Positions 46,601 through 55,369 of a stretch of DNA of 64,000 nt are shown piece after piece. A program made the translations under genes and the position numbers. The notes beneath the pieces are model-generated. The model made no database searches and had not been told where the DNA came from. It saw only the letters and a program-made list of their open reading frames with translations. Numbering within the stretch: position 1 is the stretch's first letter; the number at the start of each line of letters is the position of its first letter. Source of the DNA: Schizochytrium sp. TIO01 (taxonomy: Eukaryota > Protista > Bigyra: Labyrinthulomycetes); contig SMSO01000033.1 of assembly GCA_004764695.1 (NCBI GenBank), positions 2,232,001-2,296,000 on the forward strand. Direction: 5' to 3'.

Positions 46601-49600
46601 TCCACCTGCACCACCACTGCTATTTCGACCACCCTTTCGCTTACGTGATGAAGTAGTTGCTGGTGGTGGGGCTGACACCTCTTCTTCGGGGACGACCTCT
46701 TCTTCCGCGGCAGTAGCATCAGCCTTTTCTTCAACGTCAAGATCCATTTCTTGAGCATCCTCTGTTGGACCAAAGGTAAAGTTATCCATGCTTCTCAACG
46801 CCGTAAGGAGTGCCTCTAGAATCATACGCTTGCATGGGCCAGCAGCATTCGATTTGAAAACACCGGAACTAATGCTGCGTTGGAGCACTGCGCGCAGCTT
46901 AACTTGGGTTTCAGGAATTGTTGAATAGATCTCGTTAATATGAGAACGGATACGGGCGCCCCGGTTTGTAGGCATGTCACGAACAGCAACAAGAGACTGA
47001 GCCCATTCAGGAAGAGCAGCAAGCTTTTCACCGTTGAGATTGCTAATCAAAGGAGGCACTAATGCACTTGAACTTTTCAATTTACTCTTGCTTGACTTCG
47101 ACTTGCCAACCTTCGCCTTGGGACGTGCGATCGGTGCAATACGACGGACACCGCCCATTGAACTCGGACCTAGAACAGAACTACCGTCCCCACTGCGTGC
47201 TCCTGCGCCAGGTGCTGCGCTAGCTTTGGCGGCTGCTTGAATGGCACTAGAAATTGCTTCGGACATCTCAGACTTGTTTGGATAGCTAGTTAGCGACTCA
47301 GCAGCTGCACTGCCACTGTAGGGCGCATTTTGCAGCGATACTATACGCTCAATAATAGGTTTCATTGCAAGTTCACGCATTACAACTAATCGTTGCTTAG
47401 CCATCTTACGAGCTTGACGCTTGCTGTGGCCTGTGGGCTCGCCATCCTCATCAACTTCATCATCCTCTTGGTCATCATTTTCGTCATCATCTTCATCCTC
47501 TCGAGCAGCACGACTCATTACACAACTGACTGATACCTGTGTATGATGCAACACTTCCTTGAAATACTGCGTCTCTCGACCCAACTCGTGCTGACGAATC
47601 TGAAGGATGCAATAGTAACGTAATAGTTCTTGCCATGTTGCATCATTCAGTGGCGCATAGCGCCGCGCAGAAATGCTACGATCACGAGCAGCCTCACTCA
47701 TGTTGCTTTCATGAGTACTTTGCGACCCCAAAAATAGCATCTCGGCAAGTCCAACGTGCATTGGAACAAGCAAATGCATGTCGCATTGGCTCAGTGCCTG
47801 ACGAACTTCAGGGAGTAGGATAATTGGGGTGCGGCCAGTGCCTTCTTTAAAGCGGGGGCGTCCATCGCGTTTCGAAGCCATTGCATTCGCTGTAGCCACT
47901 GCTGACACTCCAGAGGCAGTGCTTTTACGGTTCTTTTTGGTTTTCTTTGCAGATTTTTTAGCTGAAGCTGACTTGGAAGACTTGCCAGACTTAGATTGTT
48001 TGGTTCCCATCGACATATTGGAAATAGACCCTCGTCGAGATGTGATCTCGTCATCATCTTCATCCTCATCTTCATCCTCCTCGTCGTCGTCCTCTTCCTC
48101 GTCTTCTTCCTCATCTTCATCCTCCTCATCTTCAATGTCATCCTCATCGATTTCATCCTCATCAACATCGTCATCATCATCATCGTTGATATCGAGATCG
48201 TCCTCATGACCACCCATAGCATAATCCTCATCATCCTCATCATCGTCGTCGTTGGTGGTGTAAAACTCACCATCAACACCAGGACGGACAAGACCTTCTT
48301 CAACCTCAGGAACTTTGCACAGATTGAAAAGTGGAGCATATTTCGAGAAAAAATCCCAAATTTCCATCAGATCACCACAAACGTGTCCAGCCTGGAGCTT
48401 TCGCATAGCTTCAATAGCAAGAGGTTTCGACTGTTCAAGTACCTCGAGGTCATCAGGGAGTTCTTTTTCTGCCTGTGTGTCAAGAACATTTTCAATCGCA
48501 AGACCTGCTTTTTCAAGTTGGTCATAAAATCCAAAAAGCTCCTTCTTCACTTGTTCAGCTCGCGCAGTTTTAAGTCCTCGCTCACGTTCCGCATTTTCTA
48601 GTTTCTCCAGACGTCCACGTGTGGCAGAGAGCTTTCGTTGCTGTTTCTCAAATTGGTCTTCGGCTCGCTTGAGATCAGTGCGAACACTAATCTGCTCCTT
48701 CTTTGGGAGTTCATCTGCGCCTTCGGCAGCCGCCTTGGCACGCTCGAGCTCCTTCTGCAGGATATCCATTGCTTCTTCTTCGAACTTCACCTGTTTTTGA
48801 AGCATAACGATTTCAGCCTCCTTTTCATCCTTGTGATCCTCACGGTTCTTCTTGATTTCTTCGCGAAGGTCCTTGAGTGCGTCAAGGTGGTCTTGACGCT
48901 CCTTAATGCGGGCATCTTTATCTTCCTTTCGTGTGCGAACAACATCGAGTTTTTCTTGACGTTTAATTTCGACACGCATCAAACGAGCATGGCGGTCTTC
49001 AATGCGCATGTGACGACGAGCGGCTGCTTCGACCCGCCGATCAACAGCGTCTTGGTGTTTCTCCATTCGTTTCAAGGCCTTTTTAATACGGCTACCGACC
49101 ATTTTAAGGCGTTTGTCGAGTTTCTTGTCTTCCTTGTCACGGTCACCACGTTGCAGTCGAAAGTGATAGTTCTGCGCAGTGTCCATAAGTGGAAGAGCCT
49201 CAAAGGTGTCAACAACACGTTTATCCTCAATGCCAAATAAGTATGTTCCGAGCTGCTCATTGAGGAGAGGGGTCAAGTCGACTTGGAACCATTGGATCTG
49301 GTGTGGTTGGGGTAGCATGTGAAGGTTAGGAGCTCCAGCTAGATAATTTTTATCGCCAATGCCAGGAAGATCATTGCTTACCGTATCTTCCAAAGCATCT
49401 AGAGAATCTACGTTGTTGCCCTTTTCATCATCTTGGTTTTTGCGTCGATCGTCAGTATTTTCCTCCGCCTGCTCACTACGAAGTTGTTCGATTTTTGTAA
49501 TATCTTCAGAGGTGAGAGCCTTTTTCAACTTGTCGAGAGTTTCGCCCTGGTACTGACAGCTCTTCCAGCCATCATCAGCCATTTTGGACGGATTTACAAT

Positions 49601-52282
49601 ACGCTTCATCGTGATGCTAAAGGCAGATGGTGTATCAAAATATTTGCCATCGCAAACGATGGTGCCATCTTCACGCAAAGAGGCCTCCCAAGTCTTGTGC
49701 TTATATTCTAGGGTAATACCCGGACCATCTGGGCCTGCTAGGACGCGTCCTAGGCGGATGAAATCTACAAGCTGAGCTGCACGACGTTTCTTGCTGAGCA
49801 CAGCTTCTTGGTTAGGTGCAGAAACAATTGAGGCTTGTTCTGCATCGTCCACAGCAGATTCGGCAGAATCAGTTTTCTCCTTCCCCTTTTTCGTACGCGC
49901 CGGAGAGGAGTTCTTGGACGTCTGCTCTTCGGCAGTCTTGCCGTTAGACTTTTCAGCAGCAGCATCAGCAGCATCATCGCTACCATTGGCTGCAACGGTA
50001 TCCGCAGCAGGGGCATTGCCTTCAACGGGTTCAGCCTTGACCATCTGCTCAGACGATGCTTCCTTATCTGCATCAGTTGCACCAGGTGTATACACGTTAG
50101 AGCCATCAGCTGCAGGTGGCGCGGGCAGAGCATCTACATCCATAAGCACCTGGGCATTTGGCAACTCGCGTTTGCGGGCAGCTTCAGTAGCCAGGTCACG
50201 CTCTACATTAGCTTCCACCCTTTTTAAAAGACGCTGCAGAATCTGTTTCACCTCTTTCGTAATGATTTTGAGTTTCTGGTCATCATCCTCAACCTTGGCG
50301 AGAGCTCGGGATGCATTGGAAGGAAGAGCATTCAGAGAGCAGACTCGTTCAGAGGCAGCCACCCCGGCTGCCATTCTCTCCCAATAATCATGAAGGCCCA
50401 AAAGAATGTCAACAATTATCAGTGTCCAGGCGGCCATAGGGCTTCGTCCCTCTTTAGAGAGACCGGTGGAAACTTCAGTAACCCTAAAAATAGGTGCTCC
50501 TTTGCCTTCCGTGGCAATAATCTCATTTCGAAATGTGGTCATCTTCAGCGGGCGCTTTGAACTAAAAAAGCGAGATTCACTGAGATAGCCTACGGGGTAA
50601 ATATGCTTGCGTGTTACAAAACGCGGATGGTCCACAACCTGACCAAGTCGTAACACAGTCACATATTCGTTGAGTTTCAATGGGGATTTGAGTTCCACCG
50701 GTGCGCCAATATTGATATCAGGAGGTAAGAGCTGTGCTAACTCTGCAATTTTCTCAGCAGCACGTTTGTCATTTGTATTTGTAAAACGTGTTACACCAAA
50801 TTCCTTGCAGGAAAGTTTGAAGGCTTCTTCACGAGTACACTCCTCATCAGCAGACAGACCAAGGTAATTTGCGACATCCTTTCGGGTGCGCAGACGCTTG
50901 AACTGAGGCGTCAGGAAGTATGAGTCTGTACTACCGGCTGTTACGCCTTGCATGCGGCGGATAATCTCAATACTCCATCCCTTTAATGAGCTCCTCGAGT
51001 CCACCCGATCAAGCCACTCTAGAATGCTCTGAAGCTTGGCAAAATGCGGTTGGAAGTCTTCATCATCTTTGGAAAAGTCTGGCTCAATGGCGTCTGTTGT
51101 AAAGATGATCTCCACACCCTTGAGATCACGGGCAGGGCGACGACTAGGGCCTTTCTTCCGTTTACGTGCAGGTTTTCCATCTTTGTCAGTGTCTGCCTTA
51201 TCACGTTTTCTATTTGCGCTCTTTGATTTTTTTCCACTAGCGGAACTAGTCTTTGACTTTGACTTTCCTGGCCGACCACTATCTGAAAACTCTGAGTCGT
51301 CGTCTTCGATAGGATCCTCATCATCGTCATCATTCTCATCCTCATCGTCATCATCATCGTCGTCATCATCGTCGTCGTCAATGTCATCATCGTCGTCGTC
51401 AATGTTGTCCATGTCATCATCCATATCGTCAATGTCATCAATATCATTGTCGTCGTCCAGGTCATCGTTATCTGAATCAGGATCCTTCTTTTTGGAAGCG
51501 GAGGCAGCCTTTTTTGTTTGTTTGGGCTTTTTCGTAGATGACGCAGCTGCTTTTTTGGCCGAGGCTTTGGCGGGTGTGGAAGCTTTTGACTTTTTAGCAG
51601 GGGACTTAGCAGGTGTATCCTTGGCAGTCGCGGCGGCTTTCTTAGCGGAGGAAGCTCCAGCCTTTGGTTTCTGAGCTTTCGTTTTCTTCTTGACGTCCGC
51701 ATTGTCATCACCATTATCTTCGTTGTCTTTATCAGCGGCATCTTCGTCTGCATCTGCATCTGCGTCGTCATTTGCATTGCTCTTCTTTTTTGAGGGAGAC
51801 TTGCCTGTAGAAGCAGCAGCCGTGCGGGCTGCTCGTTCGTAGGCTGTTGGCTTAGCGATTCTCCTCCACGGTTTTTCACCAGGCTGGGCATCCTCCATCC
51901 AAAGCTTAAAGTACTTCTCGAACTCAGAGAGCAGATTATCAGCTCTCTTACCCTTGTCTGACTCTGCTCCGTCGTAGGTCTTACAATTTTCAAAGACCCG
52001 CTTTACATCTGCATGATACTCACCGACAGTACTGTATGGCTCAGGCTTCGGTGTGTCGTCTGCAAAGAGACGCTTCGAAGGCAGGCCTAACGACTTGCCA
52101 GTGGCGTTTACTCGAGCATGCACTGTGCGCAGGTCCATAGGTTTCTCCACTTTATCTTTGTAATCGGGATACTTCTCCAGTGATACTGGCGAACAGAATG
52201 GAATGCCTTGCAGACTGTTGGCTACCTTACGGATCACAGCCTCCGCGGCTAATGCCTTATCTTTGGTGAAGGGTTCCTCCAT
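43619..52282 (-). CDS. Giant BAZ/MBD9-like chromatin reader (~2,887 aa): bromo - MBD - FYRN/FYRC (split by a RAMA-like domain) - coiled coil - DDT - bromo - 2 Tudor-like - WHIM1 - WHIM2/3
   Basis: First ATG at 52282 (the track start is TTG). Bromo motifs: YPDYKDKVEKPMDLRTV and YPDYSKIVDKPMAL...NCKLYN. MBD: GWSIEIIRR...TDSYFLTPQFKRLRTRKDVANYL. FYRN: IYPVGY. DDT: GDLMEIWDFFSKY and LNDATWQELLR. WHIM: RTQMLRVFCD, LGLDRYFNRY, LNGKGKREAAL. Confidence 0.9.
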   Translation of the reverse strand: MEEPFTKDKALAAEAVIRKVANSLQGIPFCSPVSLEKYPDYKDKVEKPMDLRTVHARVNATGKSLGLPSKRLFADDTPKPEPYSTVGEYHADVKRVFENCKTYDGAESDKGKRADNLLSEFEKYFKLWMEDAQPGEKPWRRIAKPTAYERAARTAAASTGKSPSKKKSNANDDADADADEDAADKDNEDNGDDNADVKKKTKAQKPKAGASSAKKAAATAKDTPAKSPAKKSKASTPAKASAKKAAASSTKKPKQTKKAASASKKKDPDSDNDDLDDDNDIDDIDDMDDDMDNIDDDDDDIDDDDDDDDDDDDEDENDDDDEDPIEDDDSEFSDSGRPGKSKSKTSSASGKKSKSANRKRDKADTDKDGKPARKRKKGPSRRPARDLKGVEIIFTTDAIEPDFSKDDEDFQPHFAKLQSILEWLDRVDSRSSLKGWSIEIIRRMQGVTAGSTDSYFLTPQFKRLRTRKDVANYLGLSADEECTREEAFKLSCKEFGVTRFTNTNDKRAAEKIAELAQLLPPDINIGAPVELKSPLKLNEYVTVLRLGQVVDHPRFVTRKHIYPVGYLSESRFFSSKRPLKMTTFRNEIIATEGKGAPIFRVTEVSTGLSKEGRSPMAAWTLIIVDILLGLHDYWERMAAGVAASERVCSLNALPSNASRALAKVEDDDQKLKIITKEVKQILQRLLKRVEANVERDLATEAARKRELPNAQVLMDVDALPAPPAADGSNVYTPGATDADKEASSEQMVKAEPVEGNAPAADTVAANGSDDAADAAAEKSNGKTAEEQTSKNSSPARTKKGKEKTDSAESAVDDAEQASIVSAPNQEAVLSKKRRAAQLVDFIRLGRVLAGPDGPGITLEYKHKTWEASLREDGTIVCDGKYFDTPSAFSITMKRIVNPSKMADDGWKSCQYQGETLDKLKKALTSEDITKIEQLRSEQAEENTDDRRKNQDDEKGNNVDSLDALEDTVSNDLPGIGDKNYLAGAPNLHMLPQPHQIQWFQVDLTPLLNEQLGTYLFGIEDKRVVDTFEALPLMDTAQNYHFRLQRGDRDKEDKKLDKRLKMVGSRIKKALKRMEKHQDAVDRRVEAAARRHMRIEDRHARLMRVEIKRQEKLDVVRTRKEDKDARIKERQDHLDALKDLREEIKKNREDHKDEKEAEIVMLQKQVKFEEEAMDILQKELERAKAAAEGADELPKKEQISVRTDLKRAEDQFEKQQRKLSATRGRLEKLENAERERGLKTARAEQVKKELFGFYDQLEKAGLAIENVLDTQAEKELPDDLEVLEQSKPLAIEAMRKLQAGHVCGDLMEIWDFFSKYAPLFNLCKVPEVEEGLVRPGVDGEFYTTNDDDDEDDEDYAMGGHEDDLDINDDDDDDVDEDEIDEDDIEDEEDEDEEEDEEEDDDEEDEDEDEDDDEITSRRGSISNMSMGTKQSKSGKSSKSASAKKSAKKTKKNRKSTASGVSAVATANAMASKRDGRPRFKEGTGRTPIILLPEVRQALSQCDMHLLVPMHVGLAEMLFLGSQSTHESNMSEAARDRSISARRYAPLNDATWQELLRYYCILQIRQHELGRETQYFKEVLHHTQVSVSCVMSRAAREDEDDDENDDQEDDEVDEDGEPTGHSKRQARKMAKQRLVVMRELAMKPIIERIVSLQNAPYSGSAAAESLTSYPNKSEMSEAISSAIQAAAKASAAPGAGARSGDGSSVLGPSSMGGVRRIAPIARPKAKVGKSKSSKSKLKSSSALVPPLISNLNGEKLAALPEWAQSLVAVRDMPTNRGARIRSHINEIYSTIPETQVKLRAVLQRSISSGVFKSNAAGPCKRMILEALLTALRSMDNFTFGPTEDAQEMDLDVEEKADATAAEEEVVPEEEVSAPPPATTSSRKRKGGRNSSGGAGGGAATPGPQKKILKLGPNPVSEEAANVRATADARRRCQAVVRHIGNEEQASVFWEEVDTNEYPDYSKIVDKPMALHTVDDLLQKANHYEDCSQVLDDIEQIWINCKLYNLRGSYIYKLAHALTAKTRTLFRAWVLKEDSMRAMNPYPYDKGLPPAPWLVAAEETAEGDQEGHAEEEKEDGHENADGADSANGKKRKRRKRKHVRATVEDYVIPTQLQKQGFKNEGKHVDTRVARRVNSDDPDALVRGTVVACNEAKSKWRIKFDDDGDSVNMNSREVEVAQQLYDQYAAKKREKKAKRKERRRDKKAKRLGTGAEDDGDDDDDDDEDDDEDEDEGRAAPVKANGNSKPRNVKPNAVDDQDDEEDEIQNGSSSTSRAQTTVPTRGVPKMSAPPADSSLLLSFSEADAPQSHLGSIILKFFEDVGCKEGSVVSYDSKTKRFEVIFAHMEDHVEFVTLGELQDLERDSALLVVDSDRNGIEDERRELERLDSQSLEEQRRYRKSAMEDEDGKPTDAAIDACAPKLWTTGSEVALLRRFVVALGTQSYEDIDFDLRTQMLRVFCDFASDTALLREEVDRRMWISIRTRQKWRLSPPVIEAAPKHEAEDEEDDGVLDRLAGEGVAEQKRMGRKLTEFKKKHEGSLSKSLLRAIERVERDIERQKSKKKQKDDAKRWKAELEWKLQTVAIRPRFLGLDRYFNRYMYFAGDYSKLFVMLGEEAVERKVASPDEVGWRVIAGRRLMNKFLDSLNGKGKREAALLSAIQSRCKLLTRGEEWDKKFEALEDLAGAKTKKERAKKLEVCKDMADTLVGAHLREVSDDGNAEPTPARFGNAGFAAIVIGKAMCDRHMKAAIESSPLSLKENSSFEDKCLLDVKVVLLNMELAIHLHKIEDNSIWMNDMRKGWIRLVTSAANWRDLRQATCYLECAMLDTAVPLENWYYNLYGDAGFALRTKTASSLAVRVTALDSAILFPELSRRANRISALKRSARNRAKKKKKN

Positions 52283-52837
52283 CGTGGCTTTGGTGAAGTA
52301 TGCTTTCTCTCTGTCCAACTATCTATTGAATACTTCAAATAATAGGTTTCAAGTCAAATATTTATTTGAACAAAGAGGAGACTCGGCACCAAAGTTCTTC
52401 ACACTTACAATCTTTCTTTTACAGTAAGTGCAAAGTGACGAAATCTGCGTTCGCAAAGTTCTTGTAAGATCTGCAGGTTTAGAACTCCCAAAGTCTGGAA
52501 CTCTTCTAGACCTTACCAAATGACAAGACCCCGAATATAGTTCGAGATTTAGCTAATCTGTCACCAAGGACTGTGGCGAAGCACCAAAAATGCTAAGGTA
52601 GAAGACAAAGAAGCAGGTGCAGAACTCTTCACCGTGAGGCACAGTCCGTGCAGATGCCAAGACCCACTGCGCAGATGGAGTAGTGATCAACCTCAGGAAT
52701 CGATCTCACAAAATTGGGCGCCGGGATATTAATATAGGTGCCCGAAATCTCAGTCAATTAATTAATCAACAAAATCACCAGACCGCCCAAAACTCCAGCC
52801 AGGATCCAGCTCCACAGGTGGCGCCAGGCGTCTCAAA

Positions 52838-52848
52838 TTCCCGCCAAA
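52838..52848 (-). promoter_or_regulatory. E2F/DP-like site TTTGGCGGGAA about 560 bp upstream of the chromatin-reader ATG
   Basis: The + strand reads TTCCCGCCAAA. Related GGCG motifs lie nearby at 52734 (TTGGGCGCCGGGA) and 52782 (ACCGCCCAAAA). Confidence 0.4.
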
Positions 52849-55369
52849 GCAAACTGCTCCTGCACCAAAGCTCCTGCACAGCGGTGAGCCAGTCAGGTTG
52901 CTTCAACAGGCTTTTGAATAGACGGATAGATAGATAACTAGATAGACGTGAGGATGAAGATGGCGAACAAACGAGGCGGCGCCGGCCGATCTCGCTCTCA
53001 CGCGGCGCCGGATCCCCGAGGCCACGCTGGAGGTGGCACTGGTTCGTGCGAGGAGGGTCGCAGCAGCTGCCGCGCCGAGGGTTATGGTCGGCGGCGGGCG
53101 CGGCTCCGAGCGCGGAGGGGCTCTGCCGCCGCCTTTGAACGGGCCTCGCTCGCGTTCAAAACAGCCAAGAATACAACAAAAAGCAGAAGAAACAAAGAGA
53201 AAACAATCATCTCTCTCAATCAATCCATCAAACATACAAATAAAAATACAAATAATTATTCTATCTTCTATCCTCGCCATTTCGTACTGTGCGTCAAACG
53301 GTGGCTCCAAGTAGGTTATAAAGCCCTTCTATGAGCTATACAGATATACTTCACTGTATGGGCAGGCAATAACCCACTTGCCAAGATGCGTACGCCCGGC
53401 AGAGCAGCAGGCAAATAGAGTATAGTTAAGAACCTACTTGCACGAGCCAGCTGTGGGTGTTTACTCCTCAACTCTGTATTGTACAGGATCAGAGGGATAT
53501 AATTTACCGGGGGGAGCCGCACTGTGATGATAGGAGGTAGTGGTGACAGAGGAGGGCTATGCAGGAAACGCCTAGGCTTCTTTCTGGGAGGGGTGGATCT
53601 TCGCTCACCTAGTTAGTGCGTACTCCTATGAGGGTGCTTTCACTCTTTGGAGTCAAAGAGAGCGGCAATAAAATACAGCGAAGGAATAGAATACGAGCGA
53701 AGCTTGTATTTTATTTATTCAGGCAGACCTTGGGATCGTTCGTTATGCAAGAACCCGGATCGACCATCAGGCCCGACCCACGACAGTCTGTCTGCACGCG
53801 GCCATAAACTGCCGAAACCTCCCGGTACTCATGATCGTTTCTTCTGTGCGGACCTACGCAGTGCAGCTCGTTACTTGCTTGCAGCTGTTATTCTTGTCAA
53901 CCTTGGAAGGAGGATTGGGCATAATAACTGCTTGAGGACCATACCCTCACTACTAGTACTCGCTAAGCTACCTTATCATTCAACTCAACAAACAAACCGT
54001 TGGGCCTCGGGGCTCAAACCCTCGTCATTTATTCCTCAGAGGCCGGCACCCGAGCCCATTTGTCAGCATCGCCGTGAGTTCTTTGAACACGCCGCGGTCG
54101 TTGCAAGCGAGTCCCGGGGCCACCCTTGTATCGAGTGCCGGCATTGCGATGCCAATCTTCATCAAAATCCAGTAGGCAGTTCTCAAAGTTCTTAGGCATC
54201 TGATATTATTGCCTAATATGAGCGCTAGTCGAGCACTAGCTAGCCTCACCCCACGTCGCGCCGCCTTAAGTTGGTAGTCATTGACTGCGTCTACGTTAAA
54301 CGCATTAAGGTGGTCCAGCTGAATTAGGTTGCCGCCTCTCTGGGATCATAGTAGTAGGTAGTACGTACCTAGTACTTAGGTACCTCGAGTATTCTCACTT
54401 CTATAACTCGTTCTCTTCGTCCAACTTGAAGGTAAGATCTTTGGAGCCACCCTGTTCTTGCGGGTCTTCAAGAAACCCTCGTACGAGGTTCTGAATGTGA
54501 TATCATAGACTCCAGAGGCCGAAAGACGTCGCAAGGCGCCCCGTGATTGCTCAGTTGCATTTGCTCGCAGCTAGCGAGACGCATTTGCATTTGCACTGGA
54601 GCCGACTATATGCAGCGGACTGTTCATTAAAGATACCGTCACTCAGTCCACCCAGAATAACTCCAGGACCCCCCAATTACCACCATAGTGCTACCCTTTC
54701 CTACCTTGGTACTTCAATTAATTAGTAGATGCATGGGTTCCACAAGTTCCACACAAGCTGACTCTTTTTAAAATTAATTTTGTTTTAGTTTTAAATTAAA
54801 AAAGCATCTTGAGCTTTGAAGGATTTCTTTGACTCGAGCAGTAGTGGTGAGAGCGCTTGGCCCTGCTGCCTAATAGTTAGGACAAAGCAAAGCGACAATG
54901 AGGCCAGTATGCCTCGAACCAATGCACGAAAAATCCCCCAGTACTAGTTCAGTCTTGAAAGCGGACGAAGTCATTCTCGCTTTTAATTTGGTAGACCCAT
55001 AAAGTTGTTTGTTTTATGTTGGGGTTTTATGTTTAATCAAAATTTTGGGGCTCTTTTTTTAAATTAGTTTTTTTGACGGTTGTAAGAGATAAAGTTTTGA
55101 CCAACTCTCGTAGTCATTAGTCGGGTCTCTAAGAGATCATTGGAGGTCTTAGCGACTACTTAGTAACTAATACGATATTGGTGCCCAGTTTTCAGTTAGT
55201 CAGTCTGGGATCGAATGATCTTCACAAATCACCATCTCGTCGCCAGCTGAGGACTCTCGCGTGCCTGAGGGGGCACGTTGGGAGGCGACTGCGACAAGGA
55301 AGACATTTCTGAGAAGTTTCTACGCGGTGGCCTGTTTTTGGCCTGGTCTGCGTAGCACGGAAAGCTACC

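Noticed and set aside
53300-54750. Complex intergenic stretch with CTAG/GTAC-rich palindromic patches as a possible mobile element
   Set aside because: No terminal repeats, target-site duplication or transposase/RT motifs were recognised.
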